Positions 40,991-54,210 of a stretch of 64,000 bases of DNA are shown piece after piece. The stretch is from Octopus sinensis. Its lineage: Eukaryota. The notes beneath the pieces were generated by a model. That model saw nothing but the letters and a program-made list of their open reading frames with translations, searched no databases and was not told the DNA's origin. The translations under genes were made by a program, and so were the position numbers. The stretch covers positions 53,816,001 to 53,880,000 of the forward strand of contig NC_043006.1 in assembly GCF_006345805.1 (NCBI RefSeq), given 5' to 3'. Each line of letters starts with the position of its first letter. Positions within the stretch are counted from its first letter, which is position 1.

Positions 40991-41893
40991 CTTGCTTGCA
41001 TGTGATAGGCAGAATTCACTGAGACAGATTTCCTATGTCTGGATGCCCTTCCTGTCACCAACATTCACCTTTTTCCAAACAAGGTAATAATCGTCTTGAC
41101 CTCAAACAACATGGACTTAGTTATGAACTATTTTTCAATTTTGATCTACCAATTTCACTCACAAGCTATTGATTGACCTGCAAGGCTTTAATACAGAAGA
41201 TTAGCTGGTGTGAAGTGGGGAGACTGGTATGCATGGGCAACTGCTGGTCTTCCATAAACAACCTTGCCCAGATTTGTGCCTCAGAAGGGAACCTTCTAGG
41301 TGCAATCACATGGCATTTCATGACTGAAGGGAGTCTTTACCTTTACACCTTACTGACACTGGGGTAAAATATACAAAGCCCGGTATACCCATCATGACTA
41401 CCTGTCTGATAAGGGTATATAAAGCACATGCATCACAACTGTATGTGTGCGACATAGTGATCTCATATCAAGATAAACAGCACATAACCTTGCAAGAGGA
41501 GCCCAGTTAGAATTTTCTTCAGTAGTCCATCCCAGCTATTAAGTAGGATGGTTCATCAAGATCCTTAACTCGCAAAACAAGAGACCCCCCACAAGTGAGT
41601 GGGAATGGGAATAGTTACAAAATTTCAATGATCATTTTACTGCACGGTGTGACTACGACTGTATATCATATGAGGAGCTTACTTTCAAAACTGGTATAAG
41701 TGCATATTTGGTCAATTTCATAACCATTAAAACACAATCTGCAAACTGATGGATTCACGCACGTAAAATTTTTTTAGTCAAACTGGGATAGCTGCCATAC
41801 AGACAGTAGGCGAATCTTAGTCATTTAATCAAAATCAGATATATTCAAGTTGTTGTTTTGAATAGTTATGCAAAAGTTGTTCCGATGCATATA

Positions 41894-42416
41894 CCGTAAA
41901 TCCTCGAGTATAATCTGCATTTTTTTCCCAAAATTTAAAGGTCAAAATCCCCAGTGCGTACTATATATGAGGTTAAGAATGAAAATTATTTTCTAAGCTG
42001 TGTCCAAGTCACTATTTGCTGTCCGGAAATGTTTATTCAGATGAATTTGGTGATGTCAGGTGCGAAAATACCTTAAGCTAAGCCTGAAAGCAATGAAGTC
42101 ATAAAAAAATCATCCATAACTTGCAGTAAGCAACATTTATTAAAATAAAAGTATTCAGAACACACAATAACATGTAAGAAAAAACAATTTGCAAACATAC
42201 TTATATTCCCATATAACAGTTAAGAACATCACCATTATTGTATTGTGCATGCATGGAAGTGTTTGTTCAACTAGTCGCTGCTGGCTTAATTACGCGCAAC
42301 TCAAGTTAGTGAAGGGGTGCGTATTATACACAAGGTTTAGGTTTTTCAGAGGTACAGCCCCCTAAAAATCCCCTGCGTATTATACTCAAGGGCAGACTAT
42401 ACTTGAGGATTTACGG
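41894..42416. mobile_element. Tigger/pogo-like MITE
   Basis: TA|ccgtaaatcctcgagtata ... tatacttgaggatttacgg|TA. A partial copy of one end lies at ~51108-51207. Confidence 0.85.
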
Positions 42417-43350
42417 TATCCAGTTTTGAAAGTAAGCTCTTCATATATTCATAACTAATGCTGTATTGTTATTCTGGTGGTCATCCTGACTGTCTGGCTA
42501 AATGTAAATTGATATAATAGGTGCAGACATAGCTAGATAGTTAAGAAGTTCACAGTCTGTAGTTTCAGGTACAGTCTTGTTGTGCTGTATCTTGAGCAAG
42601 TATCTTCTGTTATGGGACCAGACGGACCAAGCTTTTGTGGAATTGGTAGACAGACACTATGGAAGGCTATTATGTGTGTACGCAGGTGTACTCACTGTAT
42701 CCGACTTCTTTGCTTGTCTCCATCTGAGTGAAACGATAGTGTGATGTTCGCACTCCTTATTGACATTACAGCCGGTCGTCCTATGCTTTTAAAGACTAAC
42801 TGAATACTTAGTAGCATTTGTTTTCAACCTGCTACAGTCAACTTTCAAGTTTTCCGTGTTTGCTGTGAATGTCTTTCTGTGTAAAATATTTGTTATTACT
42901 ATTAATCGCATGTTGTCAGCTATTAAGTTTCAAAACTAGAAGATATCAATGTAAGGGAGATCACTCTATTTCGTGACCCTACAGCAACTTGATAGCAGAC
43001 GCGCTAGCTTTCGCTAAATGGATTTCGATGAAGTTGCTCACTGACAATTACTGCTGAAGCGGTTTTCACCTGACCGCTCGACTTGCTGGAAGTAGCAGCC
43101 AAATCTCCCTCAAATCACGCCCTGTCAATTTCAAAATGACATTGGATAATATAATTTGAGAAGCAGTGCCCTGGCCAGGAATTGTGTTAAGCTAATAAAG
43201 CAGATCTATGGTAATAGCTGGAATGCTTTGATCATAGATCTATTCGATAGCAACACATGCACGCGCGCACATGTGTGTGTGTGTGTATCTGCGATGGTTT
43301 TTGGTAAGCAGCGGCGATTTTTTTTACAAATCTGTAAATAATGATAATAA

Positions 43351-43721
43351 GGTACTATTTAAGAAAAGTAGTTCTGGTGTGCGCATCCGCGCTAGCTAGT
43401 CGATCCTACAACGACTATCTAGCGCGAATGCAAATTAACAGATGTTTTTTTTAAACAAAATAATAATTTTTTTACAAAAAGTAAATAGTTTTTTTTTCCT
43501 AAACGACGTAAAATTTTTAAAAACAAATTAAATAAAAATAACAAACTACCTGTTTTTGGTACCCCCATCATACTCTTAAAACGTCGTTTTACGTTCTTCT
43601 AATAACTTTCAACCGAATTTGTATGAACATTTGCATACGCGCACTCGCGCTAGGTAGTCGTTGTAGGATCGACTAGCTAGCGCGAGTGCGCGCACCGGGA
43701 CCACTCTTTTTAAATAGTACC
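43351..43721. mobile_element. MULE-type MITE with 9-bp TSD (same family as 16945-17200)
   Basis: ggtactatttaag... / ...ttaaatagtacc, with TSD tgataataa at 43342-43350 and 43722-43730. Confidence 0.85.
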
Positions 43722-44094
43722 TGATAATAATACTATTTTATAAGCTTAAAGCTTATAAGCGATCGCCTCGCAATGACCGAAGAAAATGGTCTGATAATAG
43801 AGCATATAAGCTCTCGAGGAAAAAAGTATATATATATGTGTGTGTATAGAGGACCCACCACCACCACTTCTGCCATGAATGACCATCAGATTGTACCTAG
43901 AAAGTTACCCTTCGAGGCACAAGCCCAGGCAAGGTTGTTTGTGGAATACCAGCCACCGATATTATCGAAGGGAAAAGCAAAGGCCGATACAGCTTGGCAC
44001 CTGTGACGTCGAAACTCATTTCTACAGCTGAGTGAACTGCAGCAACGTGAAATAAAATGTCTTGCTCAAGAACATATATGTGTGTGTGTGCTTA

Positions 44095-44430
44095 AACGTG
44101 GCTGTGTGGTAAGAAGTTTGCTTCCCAACCACACAGTTCCGGTTCAGTCCCAATGCGCAGAAAATTAGGCAAGTGTCTTATACTATAGCCCTGGACCGAA
44201 TAAAGCCTTATGAGTGGACTTGCTAGGCGGAAACTGAAAGAAGCCTAACGTATTTATACGCACACATATATTTCCACCACCCACTGATTAACAGCCGGTG
44301 TTGGTTTGTTTACATCTCTGTAACTTGGCAGTTTGACAAATAGGGATCGATAGAAAAATTAAGTACAGAGGTCGCTGCCCCTGCAAAGCCACAGTCTAAT
44401 GATTGAAACAAGTAAAAGATAAAAAAGATG
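44095..44430 (+). mobile_element. SINE family A (diverged)
   Basis: Head gtggctgtgtggtaagaagtttgcttccc, tail gattgaaacaagtaaaagataaaa. Confidence 0.75.
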
Positions 44431-44845
44431 TGTGTGTGTGTGTGTTGATATAACATCATCGTTTTAATGTCGACTTTTCCGTACATATTTAGGAACTAAA
44501 TTTTCAGGATTGGCACCACCTTTCAAGTTTCGTTTACAATTACGTGGAATGCTCCATTAACGTGACTCTTGGAAAAATGGAAAGAGTGGATGACTATAAT
44601 TTTTTTACAACGTTTTGGACATTACCCTTCTTCAGATAGTGGGGAAAGAGGAGAGAAAAAACTAGGAAAAATTTTTAAAAAGGGGGCGAAGCAATTCCAG
44701 TGAGAAAATGGTATTGCTCTGGCTTTCGAAGATGTTCCATGAATCGATCGAGAATTCTGATCCAATCTATATGCTGTGATTCGGCGAAAAATAAAACATA
44801 CTGATAAACAAGAAAAAATTCATCCACTTTGGGAAAGAGACTATA

Positions 44846-46091
44846 TTGAGTCATCCCATAAATAATGCGGTTTTTTTATACTTCTTTTATTTTTCAAAAT
44901 TCAGATGAAGTTCTATTTTAATCTAAAATATACTCTCCTTCATTTTCTACAATGCTCTTCCATCTATTTAGTAGATTTGCACGGCCCCTCTTCCAAAATT
45001 CACTTGTCCGTGACGAAAAATACTCCTCCGGTACTGTTCTGACCTCGTCTACAGAATTCATATTTTTTTCTGTTCAAATGATTTTGAAGACTGCGGAATA
45101 ATTGATAATCAGATAGGGCAATGTCCGGCGAATATGGTGGGTGGGGCATAATTTCTCATTCAAACTGCTCCAGCCTTTGGAATGTCATCCTCACTTGATG
45201 GAAGAACACCAAAGATGGTCGTTTTTCTTCTAGCGCTGACTTGAGCCGCTCAAGCTGCTCGCAGTAGATCTCATTTTCTATAGTTTTGTTTGGGTTTAAA
45301 AGTTCAAAGTGGACTAAACCCTTCATATCCCACCAGACAGATAACAACACCTTACGTGAGTGCAGACCTTCTTCAGCCGGGGTGCCGGTGTTCCTCCTTT
45401 CCCTACACACTGTCTTCGGCGCTTGACATTTTTACAGAGAACCCATTTCTCGTCACCAGTCACTATTCGGTCCAAAAAAAGGTTCATTCGTGAGACGTGA
45501 CAGCAAAGAGCACACATTCACTCTCTGCGTGCAATTAGACTAAGAAAGTTTGTGAGGAACCCATTGACCCTATTTCTGACGTTCCGATGACACGCAGGTG
45601 TCACTAAATGGTTGAATGACCAAATCCAAGCTTCTCTGCTTGTTCTTCAGCAGTTACGATGGGATTTTGTTCTACCAGGGTTTGCAGGACGCCCTCGTCG
45701 AGCTCTACAGATCTTCCAGGACGAGTCTCGTCTTCTAGGCTGTAGTTTCTGGCTCGGAATTTCTAGAACCACCATTGACACTGGCTTACACTTATTCTCC
45801 GATCTTTGTATACTGCATTAATATTCCTCGCACTTTCCGTTGCGTTGTTGCCTTTATTGAACCCATGAAGCGCAAAACAAGCCGAATATGCTCCTTTGTC
45901 ACTTCCATTATAGTTTTGGAAAAATAACTGTTAAAATCGAACTGCACTCTTCAAAACTTGCACTAAGAATAAGTATAAAGTAAAATTACTACCTGCTTTT
46001 ATAGCAAGTTGATGCAGGTAGTTTATCCTGTCCCCTCTGACTTTTAGCTTATGCAATTGAAAAAAACCGCATTATTCATGGGATTACCCAA
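44846..46091 (-). mobile_element. Full-length defective mariner transposon
   Basis: TA|ttgagtcatcccataaataatgcggtttttt ... aaaaaaccgcattattcatgggattacccaa|TA. Fragments read IVTGDEKWVL, KVLLSVWWDMKG, PHPPYSPDIALSDYQLFRSLQNH. Confidence 0.92.
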
Positions 46092-46339
46092 TATTTAAGG
46101 AGCCATAAACTTTTCCCTTGGGTATAAGCGCCTCGTAGCGTCAAATAATATCAGAGGATTATGTGTAAGTGTGGAGAACAACCTAAACCAGAATGCACAC
46201 ATCAACAATAAAATCAATGTGACCTGCAGAATATGCTCATGAATCCTTAGAAATTTCTAGTCATGAGATCTCGAATATGACTGTCCACTATGATCTCTGT
46301 ATGCAAAACAAAATATTTTGAGAATTGAAACACCACTGA

Positions 46340-46582
46340 GATCAATAACAATAATAATAATAATAATAGTTTCAATTTTTGCCTCAAAGGCAGCCATTTT
46401 GGGGGAGGGGATGCGTCGATTATATCAACATCAGTGCTCAACTGGTATTTAATTTATCGACCCCGAAAGAATGAAAGGCAAAGTCGACCTCGGCGGAATT
46501 TGAACTAAGAACGTAACGGTAGACGAAATACTGCTAAGCATTTTGCCCGACGAGCTAACGATTCTGCCAGCTCACCGCCTTC

Positions 46583-46614
<32 letters not shown>

Positions 46615-47125
46615 CTTTTCTACTCTAGGCGCAAGGCCCGAAATTTTTTTTGCGGGGTGGGCAGTCGATTAGATCGACCTCGAATGGATGAAAAGTAAAG
46701 TCGATCTCGGCGGAATTTGAACTCAGAACGTAGCACCAGACGAAATACCCATTTCTTTACTACCCACAAGGGGCTAAACACAGAGGGGACAAACAAGGAT
46801 AGACAAACGGATTAAGTCGATTATATCGAGCCCAGTGTGTAACTGGTACTTAATTTATCGACTCCGAAAGGATGAAAGGCAAAGTCGACCTCGGCGGAAT
46901 TTGAACTCCGAATGTAACGGCAGACGAAATACTGCTAAGCATTTCGCCCGACGTGCTAACGTTTCTGCCAGCTCGCCTTCTTCTTCTTCATAATAATAAT
47001 AATCCTTTCTACTGGAAGCACAAGGCCTCAAATTTGTGGGGACGGGACTAGTCGATTACATAGATCCCAGTGTTTCATTGGTACTTGATTTATCGACCCC
47101 CGAAAGGATGAAAGGCAAAGTCGAT
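46340..47125 (-). mobile_element. Cluster of four same-orientation SINE family B copies
   Basis: The core aaaggcaaagtcga(cctcggcggaatttgaac) recurs at ~46475, 46695, 46875 and 47110 (last truncated), mostly separated by (AAT)n tracts. Confidence 0.8.
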
Positions 47126-47710
47126 GGAAATATTCCATCAATACTATCCAAATGATGCCGGTATCAAGTTCACATGTCACCTGAATTTGCTCCTAGAGCC
47201 ATATACCATCTACAAAGATCGAGCTGATATCATATAAAACCTTTGCGACAACTTTCTAACTGCAACCGATCCTGCTTTATTCAACATTATTCCGGAAGAT
47301 ATCAACGAAGAGTAAAACCCGAGACATTCAGATGGTATCTGGACAAATTCCTCCAAGAAATACAAGACAAACCACCAACACCTGGTTAGATCTCAGTAAA
47401 CTATTTCCTGCTTCAATGGGATATAATGTCTTAAAACATGACTTAAAAGACTACCCACCAGACAATGCTATTAAGCTAGATGTGACGTAGCCAATATTGG
47501 CTAAAAACTTTCTCAGTTATCAAAGATCTGTAGTGCGTTTGAGTGTGTGTGTGCGCGCGCGGGCGAGCCCGCAAGGTTTTGTGTTTACGTCCTATACCTA
47601 TTAATGAAGGGAAATTAATAAATGAATTTCATTTCGAAAATTATTTTGAAAGTTAATGTTTGGTACTTTTTGGTTATCTCACCCCCATTAAAAATTTGGG
47701 TTATCTCCCC

Positions 47711-47825
<115 letters not shown>

Positions 47826-48013
47826 TAAAATCGTTGTGTAGCAAACCAAATGACGGTGCCCCAGCATGGCCACAGCTCATTAGCTGAAACTGGAAAAATC
47901 AAAAATCAAAATCATATATATATAGTTGAAATTTATAGAAAAGCAAAGAACCAAGTCATGTGTATGAACAACAAGCAGGTATATTAGTTTGACGCTAGAG
48001 AAGGAGAGAAAGT

Positions 48014-48049
48014 CTTTTACGTTTCGAGCCTACGCTCTTCAGCAGAAAG
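48014..48049 (-). ncRNA. Minimal type I hammerhead-like motif, A6C variant
   Basis: Minus strand: cttt / CUGCUGA / a / gagc-gtag-gctc / GAA / ACGU / A / aaag. Same family as 36678-36715. Confidence 0.5.
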
Positions 48050-48204
48050 GAACATATATTTACACTGAGGAAGAGATAGGAAAGTGAGAGAGAAAGCGAG
48101 AGAGTATGTGTGTATGTATGTATGTATGTGTGTGTGTGTGTGTATATATATATTCACACTGAGGAAGAGAGAAAGAGAGTGTGTGTGTGTGTATATATAT
48201 ATAA

Positions 48205-48640
48205 GCGTAGGAGCGGCTGTGTGGTAAGTAGCTTGTTTACGAACTACATGGTTCCAGGTTCAGTCCCACTGCGTGGCACCTTGGGCAAGTGTCTACAAAT
48301 ATAGCCTCTGGTCAACCAAAGCCTTGTGAGTGGAAACTGAGAGAAGCCCGTCGTATATATGTATATATATATATAGTTAATCTAAACAAGAAAGCACAAA
48401 AAAACACAACAATGCGAGGACGTAGAACAAATATAGTATTATTGGACGCTCAGGAAAGAAGGAGGGTTTAACATATATATATGTGTGTGTGTGTGTGTGT
48501 GTTTATCCCCACAACATCGCTTGACAACCGATGCTGTTCGGCAAAAGAGACTTACAAAGAATAAGTCTTGGGGTCGATTTGCTCGACTAAAGGCGGTGCT
48601 CCAGCATGGCCACAGTCAAATGACTGAAACAAGTATAGGA
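48205..48640 (+). mobile_element. SINE family A split at its TA tract by a ~100-bp insert (48375-48470)
   Basis: SINE head 48205-48360 and tail 48490-48640. The insert resembles the flank of the hammerhead-bearing family (gcgctcaggaaa motif also at 36650). Confidence 0.65.
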
Positions 48641-48646
48641 ATAACA

Positions 48647-48683
<37 letters not shown>

Positions 48684-49173
48684 GATATAACACTGTACAT
48701 ACATATATCTAAGTATCTGAATGTAGGTTTGTGTATGTATATTTGCACATTTATATTTATATATATATACAATAAACATATTCATACATATGTTTGGGAG
48801 TATGTGTATGTGTATGTGTGTGTGTGTATGTGTATGTGTGTGTGTGTGTGTGGTGACAATATACGTAGTATCATACAAGCATATACATACATACATAAAA
48901 TCTTTATTCTACTTCTTTTGCCAATAGTGTATATTTCAGTAAGCTTATTGTGCCATTATTACCCTTCGCCAGTATTTTGACCTCATGAACTTAACAAAAC
49001 TTTCGCCGCATACACCGATATTTGACCTTAATGTCTTTGGACATTATGGGCGGCCAGTCTCACTGGATGTCAGTGGCTGTGAGTACATTGTTGTTAATGG
49101 TGGTGGTGGTGGTGGCGCTGACCGATAAACAGTTGTCAGGAAAACTTGAAAAGAGAAAAAAATGTCTTTTCTT

Positions 49174-49233
<60 letters not shown>

Positions 49234-49594
49234 CTCTCTCTTGCCAGAAATTTTCCCCATGACAGAACACAGAGAATGCTTTTCTTTCGGGTTCGAATAT
49301 GCCTCAAGCATATTTGAACTGGTTACAAGTTTGTATTTACAACGTTAGCACGCCGAGCGAAATGCTTAGCGGTATTTCGTCCGCCGCTACGTTCTGAGTT
49401 CAAATTTCGCCGAGGTCGACTTTGCCTTACATCCTGTCGAGGTCGATAAATTAAGTACCAGTTACGCACTGGGGTCGATGTAATCTACTTAATCCGTTTG
49501 TCTGTCCTTGTTTGTCCCTTCTGTGTTTAGCTCCCTGTGGGCAATAAAGCAATAATTTAGTATATTTATTTATATGTGTACTTATTTATATAGG

Positions 49595-49980
49595 TGTAGG
49601 AGTGACTGTGTGGTAAGTAGCTTGCTTGGGACTGAACCCGGAACCATGGGCAAGTGTCTTCTACCATAGCCTCGGGCCGACCAAAGCCTTGTGAGTGGAT
49701 TTGGTAGACAGAAACTGAAAGAAGCCCGTCATGTGTGTGTGTGTGTGTGTGTGTGTGGGCGCGCGCGCGCGTGCCTGCGTGTGTTTGTGTGTCTGTCTGT
49801 TCCCCCAACATCGCTTGACAACTGATGCTGGTGTGTTTACGTAACTTAGCGGTTCGGCAAAAGAGAAGATAGAATAAGTACTAGGCTTACAAAGAATAAG
49901 TACTGGGGTCGATTTGCTCTACTAAAGGCGTTGCTCCAGCGAGGCCGCAGTCAAATGACTGAAACAAGTAAAAGAGTATA
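49595..49980 (+). mobile_element. SINE family A
   Basis: Head with internal rearrangement, (TG)n centre and tail. Another copy follows at ~50125-50500. Confidence 0.8.
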
Positions 49981-51917
49981 AAGTGTGTAAGTACATATGC
50001 ACACACAGACACACAGGTGCGTGTTTATACAGTTGTGTATGATACCTAGTTTTCTGTTTGTAGTTCATCAAGAATGATGGAATATAGCAAGAAAAGTCAC
50101 ATTTTATTTGGACACTATAAACAAGAGGTGTGGCTGTGTGGTAAGAAGCCTGCTTCTCAAACATACAGTTCCGAGTTCGGTCCCACTGTGGCACCTTGAA
50201 CAATCTTCTACTATAACTTCGGGCCTACCAAAGCCTTATGAGTGGATTTTGTAGATGGAAACTGAGAGAAGGTCGTCGTGTGTGTGTGTGTGTGTAGTTT
50301 TGTGTTTGGCCCCACTCCACCCTTTGATAACCAGTGTTGGTGCGTTTACGTCCTTGAAACCTAACTGTTCGGCAAAAGAGCACGATAGAATAAGTACCAG
50401 GCTTTAAAAATAAGTACTGGGATCGATTCGTTCGACTAAAACACTTCAAGGCAATGCCCCAGCAAGGCCGCAGCCTAATGAATGAAACAAAAGATAAACG
50501 ATTAATGTAATAAAACAAAAATGCTCCAAATCAGTTCTTAATAGACAGTACATGACTTATACGCAACTTACATAACATGACATTAACATAAAAAGAAGAA
50601 AACTTTTTTTCAACTTCTTACGCTAGGTAAGACAAAAAAAAAAATAACAAGTCAGTCATTTCTCGACAACGAATGACATTTACAGATTGAAAGCGCCTTA
50701 CGTCAGGAGTTCTCAACCATCTTTCATCTATAGACTCCTTTGAATAACATTTTATTCTGGTGAACCCCATAGCCATTTCTTGTTTAAAAATTAGTTTTAC
50801 AGTAGCATTATCTTCTATGAGACCGCCACATTTAGTTTTATAGAAACTTCTTTCAAAATTCCTATTTTGTTTTTCATATATTCCCTTGTGTACGTTGAAC
50901 TATGTAACAATGGTGGAGAAAGAACCATGGCTGTTTCTTGCAATACATACAAATACATATATCTAAAGCAAATTTCTTTTTCGGGGATCCTTAAAACACT
51001 ATAGCGGATCCCCATTCTACTACCTTGTTACATGGACCCCAAAGAATCTTATTTGGACCCCAGTTGAGAACTACTGTCTTACATGATATCGTAGTATTAC
51101 AAGTATACCGTAAATCCTCGAGTATAATACGCAAGGGATTTTTATGGGGCTGTACCTCTGAAAAACCTAAACCTTGTGTATAATGCGCACCCCTTATCTA
51201 ACTTGAGCCAAGGAGGTCTATATAACGTCCTTGGTTTGTAAAAATGTATACGGTAACGTCCTTTATTATTATTATATGTATAACATAATGCAAACGTGTA
51301 GCTTTTTTGTGCATTTTGTTGGGAGAAAATAAAGAAATAACAGTAATAACGTTTAATAAATGTTGCTTACTGCAAGTTATGGATGATTCTTTCATTACTT
51401 CATTGCTTTCAGGCATAGCTTAAGGTAATTTCGCGCCCTACATCACAAAATGCGTCTGAATAAACATTGCCGGGCAGCAAATAGAGACTCGGACATTGCT
51501 TGCTTCGACTAACTCTTCTTCGACATTTTTCATGACTTTTACCGTGACTTATTTCTGGATCTGCCTCTGAGACTACATTCACTATCCACCGTGTGTTTAC
51601 AATTTAAAGATTGGAGAGTGTAATATGAGAGAAACTTGACTGCTGTTTCTAGGTGGTTAAGCAGTGCCCTGTAGAGTCCTCTTAATTTAACGAGACACAA
51701 TTTTATATGTTACGATTAGAACCAAATCGATAAAATAAATTATCTCTAAAACACCTTTAAATTATAATCGTTTCCAGTGTTTCTGGTCTTCGATGAGAAA
51801 CACGTTGCAGGTAACCCTTCCTTCTCGTTTTCGATGAGACCCCTCTTTGCCGTTTTGCCATATATTGCAATTATGCAAAACTTCCTTTGCCGGGAAAATT
51901 GGAGGAATGACATAATA

Positions 51918-51967
<50 letters not shown>

Positions 51968-52226
51968 TCTAAAAAACAGACCACTGTTTTTAGAAATAAG
52001 AATGAATGACCCTTAGCAAGATCACAGTCTAATTACTGTCCAGACTGGGATAAACCCATGGAACAGTGAAGGTATGAACATGCGCGCTTACGCGAATACT
52101 ATTACTTTTACTCTCTTCCCTCACTTAGCGGTCATTCAAATAGCTCTTTTGTCTTAATAACGGTCAATCACACAGTAATTTCCCTTTGTATAACAGCCAT
52201 TTTTCATCGCATTTTTTCGATGGCCA

Positions 52227-52283
52227 GATAACTGAAGAGATGGCGGCGTGGATTTCCACCCAGGCATCGGAGTTTTATCATGG
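52227..52283 (+). pseudogene. Dead hammerhead copy (GAAA core deleted)
   Basis: Paralog of 55462-55522 lacking the 7-nt segment cgaaact (catc[cgaaact]cggag). Confidence 0.7.
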
Positions 52284-52316
52284 CTACCGAATAATTGTCA
52301 CATATTACATTTACAG

Positions 52317-52366
<50 letters not shown>

Positions 52367-52869
52367 ATATATATAGATATAACAAAAACTGCATCAAAAG
52401 AGATTTAGTTATATATTTTAGCTTATAAATAATTTAAACAACAGAAAATTATTAAATACTTCTCTACTCAGTAAATAAAACATAGTTGTCAAAATCTTAT
52501 ATCTAAAATTGCAGTTCTTGGCGTTTACGTTTTTCATAAATACAACTCTATTTTTGTAGTATTTCTGTTTTTTCACGCCTCACTGCACACAGGTGTCGTG
52601 CGGTGCACCGTTTGGGAAGCATTGAGTTAAGGCGTGGTTCAAAGTAGATTTCGTTACCATAGACAACATCCTTTATCTTTGTTTCGGTAATTGGATTGCG
52701 GCCATGCTATAGCACCGCCTTGAAGGATTTTAATCGAACTAATCGATCCCAATACTTATTTTCTTTTTAAGCTTGGTATTTATTCTAACATTCACTTTTG
52801 CTGAAACGCTAAGTTACGGGGACGTATACACGCCAGGAGCGGGGAGGGGCACAGATACAAACACATGTA

Positions 52870-53340
52870 GGTACTTTTTGGCTATCTCACCCCCATTAAA
52901 AAATTAGGTTATCTCGCCCCGTTTTACGATAAATATCGGTACTTTTGGCTATCTCCCTCAACTTAAAAAATTGTTTAACCCTCAATAAAACAACAAAAAA
53001 AAACTTTTTAATTAATAAACATGAAAACTGTACAAATTAAGCATCTTACTGAATCTAATAACATTTTTATAACAAATCATACAAAACTGAAAATAATTAA
53101 TAAACATGTAAACAGGAAAAATGAAACATCTTATTGAATCTAATAACATTTTTATAACAAATCATACCATTCCTATTGAGGAGGCCAAACATCAATAATG
53201 TGTTGAAGTACTGAATCAAAAGGATCTAACTCTTTTAATCTAATCTTCCTGTCGCCACATTCACTCAATTTTTGAGTGTGGAGATAACCCAATTTTTTAA
53301 TGGCAATTTTTTAATGGGGGTGAGATAATAAAAAATTACC
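52870..53340. mobile_element. Non-autonomous DNA transposon with 8-bp TSD
   Basis: ggtactttttggctatctcaccccattaaaaaatt / aattttttaatgggggtgagataataaaaaattacc, with TSD cacatgta on both sides and an internal ~90-bp tandem duplication. A lone terminus lies at ~47660. Confidence 0.75.
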
Positions 53341-53985
53341 CACATGTATACATGTGTGTATGTGTGTGTGTGTGTGTGCGCGCGCGAAAGGTTGCTGAAA
53401 AGTTCCTGGCTCTGGGTAAAAGAAAATACAGGAGGATCGATTAATTAGGATTTTATCCAATATATTCTCCTCTCGGATTCACACATTTATTGCAAAGTCC
53501 TTAAATTTTGCTAAGCCCTGAGAAAACCTCGGATGGTTGGGCCTCCAACTACTCCTTTCACGATACCCTTAAAGCCAAGAACTTTTCAGTATATATATAT
53601 ATATATATATAATATATATATATTATATATATATATATATTCATTTTTAGATTTGGTTTGCAAGATTCTTTATGTGAGTTCGTGTATTGAAGCATATTCT
53701 GTTGTGTCTGGGGAGAGTCGTTTTCTTTTTGTCGCTTATAATATAACACACTCACCGGTAAAATCTCCACTTATTTCTTATTTTTATTTTCCTAAGATTT
53801 TCGTTGCGTCTTGCAACCTTTTCAATAGTCTTGACCCTGTCCGTTATTTACACTGCGCTCCCTTTTGTTTGTTTGTGCGCATGTGTGTGGGTCAGAGTGT
53901 GTGTGCCTATGCACGCATGCATGTACGTATGCATGTATGTGTGGATGTATGTATGCATGTGTGTGTATGTATATATGTGTGTATA

Positions 53986-54024
<39 letters not shown>

Positions 54025-54210
54025 ATGTATATATATATGTATGTATATGTATATATGTATGTATGTGTATGCATCTGTATGTATATATTCGGCATATTCA
54101 TGCGCTTGCATGTCCATGTTTGTGTATTTTCTATGTATGTGTGTGTGGGAGCGTGTGTTTGTATATGTATGCACCTCTGTCTTCTTGTATGTGCATGTCT
54201 GTGTGTATAA

